DNA of 64,000 nucleotides from Escherichia coli (GTDB lineage Bacteria; Pseudomonadota; Gammaproteobacteria; Enterobacterales; Enterobacteriaceae): NCBI RefSeq assembly GCF_044647545.1, contig NZ_CP172818.1; one strand, 5' to 3'. Shown piece by piece: positions 27,840 to 39,163 of this stretch (position 1 is its first letter; each line of letters starts with the position of its first letter). The notes under the pieces were generated by a model. It saw only the letters and a program-made list of their open reading frames with translations, ran no database searches and was not told where the DNA came from. The position numbers and the translations under genes were made by a program.

Positions 27840-28595
27840 TCAGCCTTTGCTGCTTTGATCTTCATCCACCTTGCAGGTGTCCCCTTCACAGCGGAAGATC
27901 AGCGGCAGGCGCGCGCCGTAGTCGTTGATGTAGGTCAGCACCGGGGCGCTGTCCATTTTTGCCTTTAACGGCTGTGACGTTTTCGGCGACATCACCAGCG
28001 GTTTAAACCCGGCAGCGGTCGGCCCTTTCTTCTGTGTGCTGGCATCGCTGATGATGACGTGGTATGGCGTCGGGTTATTGACGGTATAGTCCTGGCCGCT
28101 GCGCGTGAGCGTCACCTTAAACTGCCACGGTTTTCTCATGTCGATCTTCTCCAGCGCCTTTGGTCGCCAGAACAGCTTGATGCGCGTTTGCAGGGCAATT
28201 TGCAGAGTGTTGGCTTTCCCGGTCTTTGGCGGGATCTCACGCACGTTGTAATAGAACAGGCTTTCGCGATCGGACGGCAGCGTGTGAATGTCCGGCAGCG
28301 CCTGAATCTTCACCTGGCCGTTCATCATAGCGTCAATACGCTGCACCGGCGGCAGTACCGCCAGCGGCGAGGTGATTTTGTTGCCCTTCTCGTCTTCCAG
28401 CCAGCTTTGCGCCAGGTAAGGCAGCTTTTCGTTGTTGTTACGCAACGTCACGCTGATCGATTTATCGCTTTCGTTAAACACCAGACGGGTGCGGTCCGGG
28501 GTGACCGAGGCGTGCGCCGCCAGGCTGACGGTGGAAAGCAGTGCCGCCAGCGCCGTGCTGACGACCATTGAACTGGATAATTTATAAGACATTGA
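27840..28595 (-). CDS. yfcS: Periplasmic fimbrial chaperone (PapD-like)
   Basis: About 250 aa from MSYKLSS with signal peptide; the track ORF carries an upstream extension overlapping the usher 3' end. Confidence 0.8.
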   Translation of the reverse strand, partial: SMSYKLSSSMVVSTALAALLSTVSLAAHASVTPDRTRLVFNESDKSISVTLRNNNEKLPYLAQSWLEDEKGNKITSPLAVLPPVQRIDAMMNGQVKIQALPDIHTLPSDRESLFYYNVREIPPKTGKANTLQIALQTRIKLFWRPKALEKIDMRKPWQFKVTLTRSGQDYTVNNPTPYHVIISDASTQKKGPTAAGFKPLVMSPKTSQPLKAKMDSAPVLTYINDYGARLPLIFRCEGDTCKVDEDQSSKG

Positions 28596-28611
28596 TCGTT
28601 CCTTAATCAGA

Positions 28612-31269
28612 TTATTGAGTAGCTGAAATTGACGTCGGCGCTTCCGTTGGTGTGACTTGCCGCGTCTGGTCCTGAATAACAGGCTTAATGTCTGCCGCTG
28701 AAGAATCAGGGGCTGCCGTTCCCTTTTGTTCACACGGCAACAACAGGCCGCTGAACAGATCGGCAGGTAGCGGCTTCGGCAATACGATCTCGCATTGTGC
28801 GCTGCCTTCCCAGAACACCGTCATATGCTCACCCGCATTGACTCCCGCCAGATAGACATTGCCTTCATCATCCACAATGCCAACCTGCTGCTGCTCGTCG
28901 TTTTTCACTTCCGCGCCAAACGGCGGGTAGCTGCCGTCACGCAACCGCAGTACCGCCATCGCTTTTTGCCCGCTGATCACTTTGAATTTGCGATAGCCAA
29001 TTGCACCTTCCGTCAGGGTTGCCTGTACCACCGACTGGGTGGCTTCCGCATCTTCTGGCAGGTTGTTTAAATCGATATACGCCTGATTGCGATAGTAGTT
29101 GTTAATATCGGCGACCACCGCCTTGCCAAACATATTGGTGTACACCGGCGCGCCGTTGCTTTCGACCGGCACATTGGCAATCCCGTCGGCGTCAATCAGC
29201 AAGCGCGTACCGCCCATGCTTTGAGTGCGATGCAGCGCCCCACCATGCGCGGTCAGCGTTGCCCCGCCCTGTAAGGCGATCCCCGCCGAGCGGTATTCCC
29301 CCTCATGGTAGTTGGCGCTGAGATCAACCTTCGCCAGCGAGCCGTCGTGACTCAGATAACCATCCACGCTGCCGTGCTGTTCGCTGGTACCGACGTTAAC
29401 CTGGTAGTGCGTTGCGTCATCAACGCGCTTAAAGTAACCGACCTGGCTGCTGTCCGACCCACTGCCGTAGGAGCCGTTGTAGGTCACGGTGCTGCTGTCG
29501 CTCCACGGAATGCTCATGCTGAGGTACATCCCCTTATCCGCGTTATCGTCATATTCGTAGCGATAGCCGGTCACCGAGATGCTCATGTTGCGAATACTCC
29601 CCATATTAAAATAGTGGGAAAACATCAGGTTATAGTTTGTCTGTTCCGGGCGATTCCAGTAAGTACGATGGGAGTAGTTGAGATAGATCGAGACACCCGC
29701 AGCGGCAAAGTTCTGGTTATAGGTGATCGTATACATCTCTTTGTCGTTACCGGTCCGCGCCATGTCCGACTGGTTCGCGTCCAGATACTCGCTCATGGTC
29801 ATGAAGTTCTTTTCAGAAAAACGGTAGCCTGCAAAGGTGACGCGGCTGTTGAGTTCGTCAAAGTCTTTGGCATAGCTCACGCGAAAGGAGTTGCCGTCCA
29901 GTTTTCCTTTGCCGTATGCGCTGTCATGATCCAGGTTGACGTGCGAGTGAGTCACATCGAACGCCAGCGCGCCAAACTGTGCGAGGTCGCGCCCCCCCCC
30001 CATCGCCGCCGACTGGTAGTGTTCATCTGCCAGCGCGCCACCGTAGAGCGACCAGCCATCTGCCACCCCCCATGACGCTTCTCCGCCGGAGAAAAAGCCG
30101 CCTTCGGTCTTGTGGTTCCAGTCTTCCGGACGCCCCATCATCACTTTGTAACGCACCTGCCCCTGGCGCGTGAGGAATGGCATAGATGCGGTGGTAACGT
30201 CATATTCCTGCACCTGACCATTCTGTTCTTCAACGCGGACGTGCAGTGTGCCGGAGACGGAGTCGCCGATATCCTGAATGCGGAATGGCCCGGCGGGAAC
30301 CTGGGTTTCGTAAAGTACCCGGCCCATCTGGCTAATGGTGACTTTTGCACTGCTGTGCGCCACGCCGGAGACATCCGGCGCATAGCCGCGCAGGTTGGGC
30401 GGCAGCATCTGGTCATCGGTGCTGACGCTGCTGCCAATATAGTTAAAGCCGTCGAAAATATCGGAGTTGAGATAATCTTCACCCAGCGACAGCTTGGCTT
30501 TTAAAGAGGGTAAGGCCCGCCAGGCGTAATAACGGCTCCAGTCCCAGTTTTTGCTCGTTGTGCTGTTACTGCTGTCATCGTCTTCGTCGTCGTTGCTGCG
30601 GGTGTGCTGATAATCACTTTGCCAGTCAGCGCGGAAACGCCATGCCCCCAGGTTCGCCCCAACGGTACCGTTGCCGCTGATATCATGTGAGTCCTCGCCC
30701 CCCTGCTCCTGATGACGGGTTTGCGCATTGAGGCTGTAGTCGGCAATCAGGCCAGGAATACCGTCGTCCCAGCGTGAGGGTGGGTCCCAGTCGCTGCTGG
30801 TATATTCGAGATAAGCCTGTGGCACTGTCAGCAGCAACGCCGACTGGCTTAAATCATTCTCGACTTCCATCCCATCTAATTGCCCCGGTTTAAGGCATTC
30901 ATCGTTGTGCGTCCACTGCAGGCTTTTTGCTATCCCTTCTTTCAGCCCCAGCGCCGCCACTAACTCAGGTGTCAGGCAGGCATACGTTTTTGTTGGATCG
31001 TTTTCAGAAACATACCAGTTAATGTCGTATTCATCAGAAAGGGGTTGTTTATTTATAAATACACGTAAATTATATTTTCCCGCGTCGACATACCCTTTTT
31101 TTGAAAACTTACCGAGATCAATTTTCGTGTCGCCCTTTAACTCAAGGAAACGGGGGTCAAATTGAATGGAATCATCAGCCCATGCATTGACTGATCCACC
31201 TGAGATTGCCAGCGCAATATAGCAGGCGATTCCCCGCAGCCGAAAATTTGAGTGATTAGGCATACACAT
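28612..31269 (-). CDS. yfcU: Outer-membrane fimbrial usher, full length
   Basis: Uninterrupted 885-aa ORF with signal peptide and usher-type beta-barrel architecture. Confidence 0.85.
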   Translation of the reverse strand: MCMPNHSNFRLRGIACYIALAISGGSVNAWADDSIQFDPRFLELKGDTKIDLGKFSKKGYVDAGKYNLRVFINKQPLSDEYDINWYVSENDPTKTYACLTPELVAALGLKEGIAKSLQWTHNDECLKPGQLDGMEVENDLSQSALLLTVPQAYLEYTSSDWDPPSRWDDGIPGLIADYSLNAQTRHQEQGGEDSHDISGNGTVGANLGAWRFRADWQSDYQHTRSNDDEDDDSSNSTTSKNWDWSRYYAWRALPSLKAKLSLGEDYLNSDIFDGFNYIGSSVSTDDQMLPPNLRGYAPDVSGVAHSSAKVTISQMGRVLYETQVPAGPFRIQDIGDSVSGTLHVRVEEQNGQVQEYDVTTASMPFLTRQGQVRYKVMMGRPEDWNHKTEGGFFSGGEASWGVADGWSLYGGALADEHYQSAAMGGGRDLAQFGALAFDVTHSHVNLDHDSAYGKGKLDGNSFRVSYAKDFDELNSRVTFAGYRFSEKNFMTMSEYLDANQSDMARTGNDKEMYTITYNQNFAAAGVSIYLNYSHRTYWNRPEQTNYNLMFSHYFNMGSIRNMSISVTGYRYEYDDNADKGMYLSMSIPWSDSSTVTYNGSYGSGSDSSQVGYFKRVDDATHYQVNVGTSEQHGSVDGYLSHDGSLAKVDLSANYHEGEYRSAGIALQGGATLTAHGGALHRTQSMGGTRLLIDADGIANVPVESNGAPVYTNMFGKAVVADINNYYRNQAYIDLNNLPEDAEATQSVVQATLTEGAIGYRKFKVISGQKAMAVLRLRDGSYPPFGAEVKNDEQQQVGIVDDEGNVYLAGVNAGEHMTVFWEGSAQCEIVLPKPLPADLFSGLLLPCEQKGTAAPDSSAADIKPVIQDQTRQVTPTEAPTSISATQ

Positions 31270-31343
31270 ATCCGTTTGTGAAACAGTCGTAAATCTGTTG
31301 CGTGTTGAAAAACCCCACAGCAGAACGCTGTGGGGTTGTCACA

Positions 31344-31910
31344 TCAGAGATAGGTAATCTGGAATGTGGTCAGGGTTTCGAACTGGCCGAGATCCGGCGC
31401 TTCGGTTTCACCCACCAGCCAGGCTTTAAAGTTCAGCGTTTGCTTGTCTTTACCTTTGCTGGTTGAAGCATCCATCACGATTGGCTGAACAATCTTTTCG
31501 CCCACTTTATAACCTTTGCCATGGGTATCGCCGATCACCAGGCTCACATTCTTCATGGCAACACCGCTGTCAACGTTGAATAACGCATAGTTATCTGTGT
31601 TGGCTGGCCCCGCGTAGTTAGTACCGGTGAACGTGGTCTCCATGTTTGTTTCAGTGGAAAACACGCAGTCCTGTAAACGGATCTGGAAATCTTTCGGTGT
31701 GGTGGTGCCACCGCCGGTCAGTTTAGCCGCACCGATGTCACCCATATCGACTTCCAGTTTGTGATCGTCTGGAACGATAGAGCACGGGGAGTCTTCAATG
31801 GTGCCGTAGAAGCGCGCGGTACCGTTGTTGCCTGCTGCAAATGCAGAACTGGAAACAACTGCGCCCATGACCATCGCCGCAGCAATGGCTGTTTTGGCAA
31901 ACTTACTCAT
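31344..31910 (-). CDS. yfcV: Major fimbrial subunit YfcV-like
   Basis: 188-aa ORF with signal peptide and C-terminal beta-strand motif (TTFQITYL); first gene of the operon. Confidence 0.8.
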   Translation of the reverse strand: MSKFAKTAIAAAMVMGAVVSSSAFAAGNNGTARFYGTIEDSPCSIVPDDHKLEVDMGDIGAAKLTGGGTTTPKDFQIRLQDCVFSTETNMETTFTGTNYAGPANTDNYALFNVDSGVAMKNVSLVIGDTHGKGYKVGEKIVQPIVMDASTSKGKDKQTLNFKAWLVGETEAPDLGQFETLTTFQITYL

Positions 31911-32477
31911 TATTTGTCCTTAAATCATTAAGAGTTATAATATAAACACTGACATAAAATTAATATATATTATGCCCGATATTTATAGTTAGCCATTGAA
32001 CATATACACTCCAATATAATCATAGAATGTAAACAAGTATTCTCTGGTGTGTCTGTATGTTGGTCTTATCTATAAAAAAACTCAATTTAGTAATACTTAA
32101 ACACTTTATGTAGATTTTATTAATTAATACATCTACAAAATACTTTCACCACTTCCCAACAAAAAAACATGCGAATTATCAACAAAAAAACAAACTATTA
32201 TAATCAACAAAAATGAATTGCTTATAAAGCACACTAAAAAAAATTATAATGACCTTACCATCATTTATTGCTAAAATTTAATATTAATTAAACAAAAATA
32301 TATATTCAAGACACAAACATTACTTCTTTATTTTATTACGGATCATAATGGGAAAAATAATAACTACGAGAATTATTAAATATTAACAAACATTTCAAGA
32401 CAAGAGAAAAGAATGGAAAAAGATTGTATGACGGAGAAACTGCCCGGTGTACGCGCACGTAACCGGGCATTGATTGC
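31911..32477. promoter_or_regulatory. Extremely AT-rich ~570-bp region upstream of yfcV (probable silenced fimbrial promoter)
   Basis: Long AT-rich tract with A-runs and repeated atcaacaaaaa motifs between yfcV and sixA. Confidence 0.5.
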
Positions 32478-32963
32478 TTAAATTGCTTTTGCCATCTTCA
32501 AATTACAAGGGCTCATTTGCCAGTTGAATTGGCCTTTTCCGCTTTCATCAAGCGTTACGCTGGCAATCGCTGACGTGGTAAACATAGGCGGCGTTTCGCC
32601 CGGACATAACTCGGCAACCAGATACCCGACTAAGGGTAAGTGGGAGATCACCAGTACCGAAGCAACACCTTCATTGGTCAACGCCTGCAAATAGGCACTG
32701 ACCAGACCAACATCGCCGCAGGGTGTTAACTCCGGCAGAACTTCTGCACTGGAAGGCAGGTTCAGACAATCCCCTACTTCTTCAAGTGTTTGCTCGGCTC
32801 GCAGGAACGGGCTCACCAGAACGCGTTCGATTTCCACGTTTTGACCTTTCAGCCAGTTCGCCATCAGGCGAGATTCGTCACAACCGTTAGTAGTCAGAGG
32901 ACGAACCGAATCACTGGCGGCATCGAGGGCTGCGTCGCCGTGACGCATGATAAAAACTTGCAT
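32478..32963 (-). CDS. sixA: Phosphohistidine phosphatase SixA
   Basis: 161-aa ORF with N-terminal RHG motif (MQVFIMRHGDA). Confidence 0.9.
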   Translation of the reverse strand: MQVFIMRHGDAALDAASDSVRPLTTNGCDESRLMANWLKGQNVEIERVLVSPFLRAEQTLEEVGDCLNLPSSAEVLPELTPCGDVGLVSAYLQALTNEGVASVLVISHLPLVGYLVAELCPGETPPMFTTSAIASVTLDESGKGQFNWQMSPCNLKMAKAI

Positions 32964-33165
32964 ATTGCACCGCTTTTGTTAACCAGATTCGCCCGTTTTC
33001 TTTCATCTGAAACCAGAGAAAGAAAACGGTGGCCGGCATTGTGCCTTATCCATTCACCGAATGAAACGCTGTTTTTTACCTCAATGGCGTAAGTATAGTC
33101 AATATGCGTTTACATTTTGAGCAACACTCCGCCATTCAGCGCGGATTCATATAGCTTTGACCTTC

Positions 33166-35310
33166 TTATTGCAGGTCAGTTGCAGTTGTTTTCCAAAAAC
33201 TTTCCCCACGCTTGCTCATCTCGACTAAACGCTCGCAAGGGGTAAAACGGGAACCATACTGCGTGGCCAGTCGTTGCATTATTGCAACCACTTCGCCTGC
33301 GCCGAGAGAATCGATATAGCGGAACGGTCCACCGAGAAACGGCGGAAAACCAATGCCAAATACCGCGCCAATATCCCCGTCACGTACGCTACGGGTAACC
33401 TGCTCGTCCAGACAACGTACTGCTTCATTCAGCATCAACATCACACACCGTTCAGCAACCTGCGGTGCGGAGAGTCGCCCCTGCCCTTGTGCGCCAATGA
33501 GCGGGTAAATGGCGGGATCGACCTGTTTTTTGCTTTTACGCCCTTTCTGACCATAAAGATAGAAACCCCGGCCATTTTTTCTGCCTTTGCGATCGTCGTT
33601 CAAAATTGAAGAAACAACATTTGCAGGCGCGCTAAAACGTTCTCCATAAGCAGCTTCCAGTACAGGCATAATTTTAGTCCCGGTGTCGATTCCTACCTCA
33701 TCCAAAAGTTGGATTGGGCCTACCGGAAAACCAAATTTCACCAGCGCGGCATCGATATGCTCAATACGCTCGCCTTCGGTCAACATGCGGATAGCTTCAT
33801 TGATGTAAGGCGCTAAAATGCGATTGACGTAAAACCCGGCTTTGTCACGCACGACAATTGGCGTTTTGCCCTGTTTTTTCGCCAGTTTTACCGTGGTGGC
33901 GATGGTTTGCGCCGATGTACTCGCATGAGGAATAATCTCCACCAGCGGCATTTTTTCCACCGGACTGAAGAAATGCAGGCCAATAACTTGCTCAGGTCGC
34001 GCGGCGTGAGCGGCGATATCGCCAATCGGTAAAGATGACGTGTTCGAAGCAAAGATGGTATGAGTAGCGCAATTTTGCTCCACTTCCGCCACCATCTGTT
34101 GTTTTAATTCGAGATTTTCAAACACCGCTTCAATAATCAGATCGCGATGGGCAAAGCCGCAATAGTCCGTCGTTCCGGAGATTAAAGCCAGCTGTTTGTC
34201 ACGTTCGCTGGCTTTGAGATGACGACGGCGAACTTTGCCCTCCAACTGATCCCAGCTGTACTTCAATGCATGATTTATGCCCTGCGGGTTGATATCTTTA
34301 ATTCTGACCGGAAGCCCCGCTTTACAAGCAGTGACGTAAGCAATACCGCCGCCCATCAAGCCACCACCTAAAATTCCCACGCTGTTTAATGGCGCAGGCG
34401 GCGCATCACTGCCGGGATCTTTTTTCACTTCCGTACTGGCAAAAAAGATATTGCGCAGCGCCTGCGATTGCGGCGTCATCGCCAGTTCTCCAAACGCCCG
34501 TGCTTCAGCGTCATAGCCGCTACTGGTGCCCTGCGCTAATCCCGTTTCGACAACCTCCAGGATGCGTTCTGTCGCCGGATAGTTACTTTGAGTTTTGTGT
34601 TCTGTTTTCTTGCCGACCATTTTGAACAGCAGCGCACGACCTAACGGCCCCGCCAGAATACGCTCGCGTACAGGTAGAGGGCGTGAAGATGGACGATCCT
34701 GCTTTGCCAGCTCAACAGCGGCTTCCAGCAATATGGAGTGCGGAACGACGTCATCCACCAGCCCCAGTTTTAAAGCCTGCTTTGCCCGTAGTTGCTTGCC
34801 CGTGAGGATCATCTCCAGCGCGGTGCTGACGCCAATCAGGCGCGGTAAACGCTGGGTGCCGCCTGAACCGGGTAACAATCCAAGTTGTACTTCAGGCAAA
34901 CCGAGCACCGTTTTAGCATCATCAGTACACACGCGACCGTGGCACGCCAGCGCCAACTCCAGCCCGCCGCCCAGGCAAGCGCCATGAATAGCCGCGATAA
35001 CCGGAACGGGCAAAGCATGAATCTCCGCCATTAACTGTTGCCCCTGCCGCGCCAGTACTTCCGCTTCTTGCGCCGTTTTGCAATTGCCGATCATGTTGAT
35101 GTCTGCGCCAGCAATGAAGTTGTCTGGTTTCGCGGAGATAAACACCACGCCGCGCAACTCTTTGTTTTCACGGAGTTGCTTAATAATGGCGCGCACCTGC
35201 GAGGCAAATTCCGCCTTCAGGGTATTCATTTTCTCACCCGGTACGTCGATGGTGATGATAGCAATGTTGTCCAGACGAACATTAAGAGTAAACGCTGATG
35301 CCATTTCCAT
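33166..35310 (-). CDS. fadJ: Anaerobic fatty-acid oxidation multifunctional enzyme (hydratase/epimerase/3-hydroxyacyl-CoA dehydrogenase)
   Basis: 714-aa ORF with crotonase and 3-HCDH domains. Confidence 0.9.
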   Translation of the reverse strand: MEMASAFTLNVRLDNIAIITIDVPGEKMNTLKAEFASQVRAIIKQLRENKELRGVVFISAKPDNFIAGADINMIGNCKTAQEAEVLARQGQQLMAEIHALPVPVIAAIHGACLGGGLELALACHGRVCTDDAKTVLGLPEVQLGLLPGSGGTQRLPRLIGVSTALEMILTGKQLRAKQALKLGLVDDVVPHSILLEAAVELAKQDRPSSRPLPVRERILAGPLGRALLFKMVGKKTEHKTQSNYPATERILEVVETGLAQGTSSGYDAEARAFGELAMTPQSQALRNIFFASTEVKKDPGSDAPPAPLNSVGILGGGLMGGGIAYVTACKAGLPVRIKDINPQGINHALKYSWDQLEGKVRRRHLKASERDKQLALISGTTDYCGFAHRDLIIEAVFENLELKQQMVAEVEQNCATHTIFASNTSSLPIGDIAAHAARPEQVIGLHFFSPVEKMPLVEIIPHASTSAQTIATTVKLAKKQGKTPIVVRDKAGFYVNRILAPYINEAIRMLTEGERIEHIDAALVKFGFPVGPIQLLDEVGIDTGTKIMPVLEAAYGERFSAPANVVSSILNDDRKGRKNGRGFYLYGQKGRKSKKQVDPAIYPLIGAQGQGRLSAPQVAERCVMLMLNEAVRCLDEQVTRSVRDGDIGAVFGIGFPPFLGGPFRYIDSLGAGEVVAIMQRLATQYGSRFTPCERLVEMSKRGESFWKTTATDLQ

Positions 35311-36620
35311 TATTCCGCCTCCACAACCATTGCTGCGCCAAGTCCACCCGCAGCACAGGCGGTCACTAAACCAAATCCACCGCCGCGACGGCGAAGTTCA
35401 TGCAATGTCTGGGTAATCATCCGCGCGCCGGTCGCTGCGAAGGGATGCCCGTAAGCAATCGAACCGCCAAGCACGTTAAATTTGCTCTCGTCCACTTCGC
35501 CAGTGGCATGTGCACGCCCCAGTACATCACGAGCAAAACGTTCGCTACCCAGCAACTGAATATTCGCCAGTGTCTGAGCTGCAAAGGCTTCGTGCATATC
35601 GATCAATGTCAGATCGCTCATTGTCAAACCGGCACGTTCCAGCGCCAGCGGCGTTGACCAGGCCGGGCCGAGCAACATGTCCTGCCAGACATCTATCGCA
35701 GTAAATGCGTAGCTGCGCAGATACCCCAGCGGTACCAGCCCTAATTCTTTCGCCCGGGATTCAGTCATCAGGATCACCGCCGCTGCGCCATCGGTCAGTG
35801 GTGTACTGTTCGCCGCCGTTACCGTCCCGTGTTTACGATCAAACGCCGGACGCAGCTTTGCGTAATCAGCAAGAGAGGAATTACCGCGAATATTGTTGTC
35901 TTCGACAAGCGGTTGTTTATAAGGAGGGATAAAGGCAGTCATCACCTCTTCTTTGAGTTTACCGTCTGACCACGCCTGAGCGGCACGCTGATGCGAACGG
36001 TGCGCCAGTGCATCTTGCTGTTCGCGAGTAATACCGTAGGTTTTCGCCATTTGTTCGGCGGTGTCCCCCATCCGCAAGCCGGTAGAATACTCTGCTACCG
36101 CAGGCGGTACGGGCATTAAGTCGCGTAAACGCAGGCGAGAGAAGAGTTTCAGGCGCTGGCTCATGGTTCGAGCTTTGTTGACATCAACCAGCACGCGCGC
36201 CAGTTTTTTACTGACGCCAATGGGCAATACGGAAGAAGAATCGGCCCCACCGGCAATCCCCGCGCGAATAGTTCCCGCCATCAGACTTTCTGCGACGTTT
36301 GCAATCGCCTGGAAACTGGTAGCGCAAGCGCGGCTGACGCTGTAAGCATCGGTATGCACATTCATTCCGGTACCGAGAACAATTTCACGCGCAATGTTGG
36401 GGGCTTCAGGCATTTGTACGACCTGACCAAAAACCAGTTGTTCAATCACTTCGGCGGGGATCTCGGTGCGTGCCAGCAATTCGCCTACCACCATCTTCCC
36501 TAAATCAACCGCGGGAATGCCATGAAAAGCCGTCGCCTGGCGGGCAAAAGGCGTACGTAAACCGCTAACAATGGCGATACGATCGCCCTGGCGGGTAACC
36601 AGCGGTAAAACCTGACCCAT
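35310..36620 (-). CDS. fadI: 3-ketoacyl-CoA thiolase
   Basis: 436-aa thiolase-fold ORF; overlaps the fadJ start. Confidence 0.9.
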   Translation of the reverse strand: MGQVLPLVTRQGDRIAIVSGLRTPFARQATAFHGIPAVDLGKMVVGELLARTEIPAEVIEQLVFGQVVQMPEAPNIAREIVLGTGMNVHTDAYSVSRACATSFQAIANVAESLMAGTIRAGIAGGADSSSVLPIGVSKKLARVLVDVNKARTMSQRLKLFSRLRLRDLMPVPPAVAEYSTGLRMGDTAEQMAKTYGITREQQDALAHRSHQRAAQAWSDGKLKEEVMTAFIPPYKQPLVEDNNIRGNSSLADYAKLRPAFDRKHGTVTAANSTPLTDGAAAVILMTESRAKELGLVPLGYLRSYAFTAIDVWQDMLLGPAWSTPLALERAGLTMSDLTLIDMHEAFAAQTLANIQLLGSERFARDVLGRAHATGEVDESKFNVLGGSIAYGHPFAATGARMITQTLHELRRRGGGFGLVTACAAGGLGAAMVVEAE

Positions 36621-36645
36621 AACACTCCCCTGTAAAATAATAAAT

Positions 36646-36665
36646 AAAGTGGTCTGACCTGATCA
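36646..36665. promoter_or_regulatory. FadR operator-like site upstream of fadI (aaAGTGGTCTGACCTGAtca)
   Basis: Matches the FadR consensus CTGGTCNGACCTG about 30 bp upstream of the fadI start. Confidence 0.5.
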
Positions 36666-36800
36666 TAGTCTTAACCATTTTTTTACATTTAGCCAAGTGG
36701 AGAAAAGGGAAAGTGGGAGCTATGACACAGAGAGAAAAGTAGAAGAGAAAATAAAACGCCCCCGCCAGGAACTGACAGGGGCGTACGTACCCGAGAGGAA

Positions 36801-37085
36801 TTAACGCAGACCCAGCTGGAAGATCAACATTTCAGCTTCGCAGGCAAAAGTGAAATCGATATCCAGGCGTACACCGTCAGACTCTTCAGTGAAAGTCGGG
36901 GTGATTTTGCACGGTTCGGATTCCACGCTACGGGCTTTTTCAGTCAGCGCCGCCAGCGTTTGTTCTGCTTCTGCGCGGTTTGCAAACACGCGGCTGTAAG
37001 ACGCGGTGCAGTCGGAGTTGTCCATAATGGTGCCAACATCCATACAGCAGCAAACCGGGGTTTCATCAGCACTACATTTACTCAT
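36801..37085 (-). CDS. yfcZ: Small protein YfcZ
   Basis: 94 aa from MSKCSADE. Confidence 0.8.
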   Translation of the reverse strand: MSKCSADETPVCCCMDVGTIMDNSDCTASYSRVFANRAEAEQTLAALTEKARSVESEPCKITPTFTEESDGVRLDIDFTFACEAEMLIFQLGLR

Positions 37086-37330
37086 CGTTGATTTCCTCTG
37101 TATGTGCACCCAAGGTGCCAGATAAACGTTGTGGATATTTTACGCTTCCGGAAAGTGCTGCTCCAGTTGTTAATTCTGCAAAATCGGATAAGTGACCGAA
37201 ATCACACTTAAAAATGATCTAAAACAAAATTCACCCGAATCCATGAGTGCGCCACCTCCAAATTTTGCCAGCTGGATCGCGTTTCTTAGATCATATTTGA
37301 AAAAAGATAGAAACATACTTGCAACATTCC

Positions 37331-37370
37331 AGCTGGTCCGACCTATACTCTCGCCACTGGTCTGATTTCT
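37331..37370. promoter_or_regulatory. Two FadR operator-like sites in the fadL promoter (AGCTGGTCCGACCTATA and CACTGGTCTGATTTCT)
   Basis: Tandem matches to the FadR consensus 80-120 bp upstream of fadL. Confidence 0.55.
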
Positions 37371-37456
37371 AAGATGTACCTCAGACCCTACACTTCGCGC
37401 TCCTGTTACAGCACGTAACATAGTTTGTATAAAAATAAATCATTGAGGTTATGGTC

Positions 37457-38797
37457 ATGAGCCAGAAAACCCTGTTTACAAAGTCTGCTCTCGCAGTCGC
37501 AGTGGCACTTATCTCCACCCAGGCCTGGTCGGCAGGCTTTCAGTTAAACGAATTTTCTTCCTCTGGCCTGGGCCGGGCTTATTCAGGGGAAGGCGCAATT
37601 GCCGATGATGCAGGTAACGTTAGCCGTAACCCCGCATTGATTACCATGTTTGACCGCCCGACATTTTCTGCGGGTGCGGTTTATATTGATCCGGATGTAA
37701 ATATCAGCGGAACGTCTCCATCTGGCCGTAGCCTGAAAGCCGATAACATCGCGCCTACGGCATGGGTTCCGAACATGCACTTTGTTGCACCGATTAACGA
37801 CCAATTTGGTTGGGGCGCTTCTATTACCTCTAACTATGGCCTGGCAACAGAGTTTAACGATACTTATGCAGGCGGCTCTGTCGGGGGTACAACCGACCTT
37901 GAAACCATGAACCTGAACTTAAGCGGTGCGTATCGCTTAAATAATGCATGGAGCTTTGGTCTTGGTTTCAACGCCGTCTACGCTCGCGCGAAAATTGAAC
38001 GTTTCGCAGGCGATCTGGGGCAGCTGGTTGCTGGTCAGATTATGCAATCTCCTGCCAGGCAGACTCCTCAGGGGCAAGCATTAGCAGCTACCGCCAACGG
38101 CATCGACAGTAATACCAAAATCGCTCACCTGAACGGTAACCAGTGGGGCTTTGGCTGGAACGCCGGGATCCTGTACGAACTGGATAAAAACAACCGCTAC
38201 GCATTGACCTACCGCTCTGAAGTGAAAATTGACTTCAAGGGTAACTACAGCAGCGATCTTAACCCGGCTTTTAATAACTACGGTTTGCCAATTCCTACCG
38301 CGACAGGTGGCGCAACGCAATCGGGTTATCTGACGCTGAACCTGCCTGAAATGTGGGAAGTGTCGGGTTATAACCGTGTTGATCCGCAGTGGGCGATTCA
38401 CTATAGCCTGGCTTACACCAGCTGGAGTCAGTTCCAGCAGCTGAAAGCGACCTCAACGAGTGGCGACACGCTGTTCCAGAAACATGAAGGCTTTAAAGAT
38501 GCTTACCGCATCGCGTTGGGAACCACTTATTACTACGATGATAACTGGACCTTCCGTACCGGTATCGCCTTTGATGACAGCCCAGTTCCGGCACAGAATC
38601 GTTCTATCTCCATTCCGGACCAGGACCGTTTCTGGCTGAGTGCAGGTACGACTTACGCATTTAATAAAGATGCTTCAGTCGATGTTGGTGTTTCTTATAT
38701 GCACGGTCAGAGCGTGAAAATTAACGAAGGCCCATACCAGTTCGAGTCTGAAGGTAAAGCCTGGCTGTTCGGTACTAACTTTAACTACGCGTTCTGA
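37457..38797 (+). CDS. fadL: Long-chain fatty acid outer-membrane transporter
   Basis: 446-aa ORF with signal peptide and C-terminal aromatic residue (…NYAF). Confidence 0.95.
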   Translation: MSQKTLFTKSALAVAVALISTQAWSAGFQLNEFSSSGLGRAYSGEGAIADDAGNVSRNPALITMFDRPTFSAGAVYIDPDVNISGTSPSGRSLKADNIAPTAWVPNMHFVAPINDQFGWGASITSNYGLATEFNDTYAGGSVGGTTDLETMNLNLSGAYRLNNAWSFGLGFNAVYARAKIERFAGDLGQLVAGQIMQSPARQTPQGQALAATANGIDSNTKIAHLNGNQWGFGWNAGILYELDKNNRYALTYRSEVKIDFKGNYSSDLNPAFNNYGLPIPTATGGATQSGYLTLNLPEMWEVSGYNRVDPQWAIHYSLAYTSWSQFQQLKATSTSGDTLFQKHEGFKDAYRIALGTTYYYDDNWTFRTGIAFDDSPVPAQNRSISIPDQDRFWLSAGTTYAFNKDASVDVGVSYMHGQSVKINEGPYQFESEGKAWLFGTNFNYAF

Positions 38798-38816
38798 TAA
38801 CGCGTTCGCCTGGATA

Positions 38817-38841
38817 AAGTCACCTGCTATGCAGGTGACTT
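38817..38841 (+). terminator. Hairpin AAGTCACCTGC-tat-GCAGGTGACTT downstream of fadL
   Basis: Perfect 11-bp stem immediately after the fadL stop. Confidence 0.5.
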
Positions 38842-39163
38842 TAACTCCCACACTTCAACGAAAGTTGTTTCCTCATTGCTTGCCTCCTGAGTTTTGCAAA
38901 CAGCCTGATGGTAGCTTGCCCTTTCAAATCATTAAGTGGTATCCACAGACAAACCTGAAGGGAAAGGCTTATTTTCAGGCGTTCTGCTCGTCTTTCTCAA
39001 AGAGTTTACTTTTCTGAATTTCCAGGATACTCAAACCACCCTGGCTATTGTGCGCTCATACACTCAAATTAAAGATAGGGTCTAAATAAATGAGCGTTTT
39101 TTGATAGTCTATTTTATCAGGTAATATATATTTGTAACAAATCAATCAACATGGAATAAAATC

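Noticed and set aside
29305-30075. 256-aa ORF antisense to the fimbrial usher
   Set aside because: Contained within the usher gene on the opposite strand; no start context; the usher frame is clearly the coding one.
34595-34987. 130-aa and other short ORFs antisense to fadJ and fadI
   Set aside because: Shadow ORFs inside well-supported metabolic genes.
38829-39017. 62-aa ORF just downstream of fadL
   Set aside because: Starts inside the fadL terminator hairpin, has no RBS, and lies in the AT-rich lead-in to yfdF.
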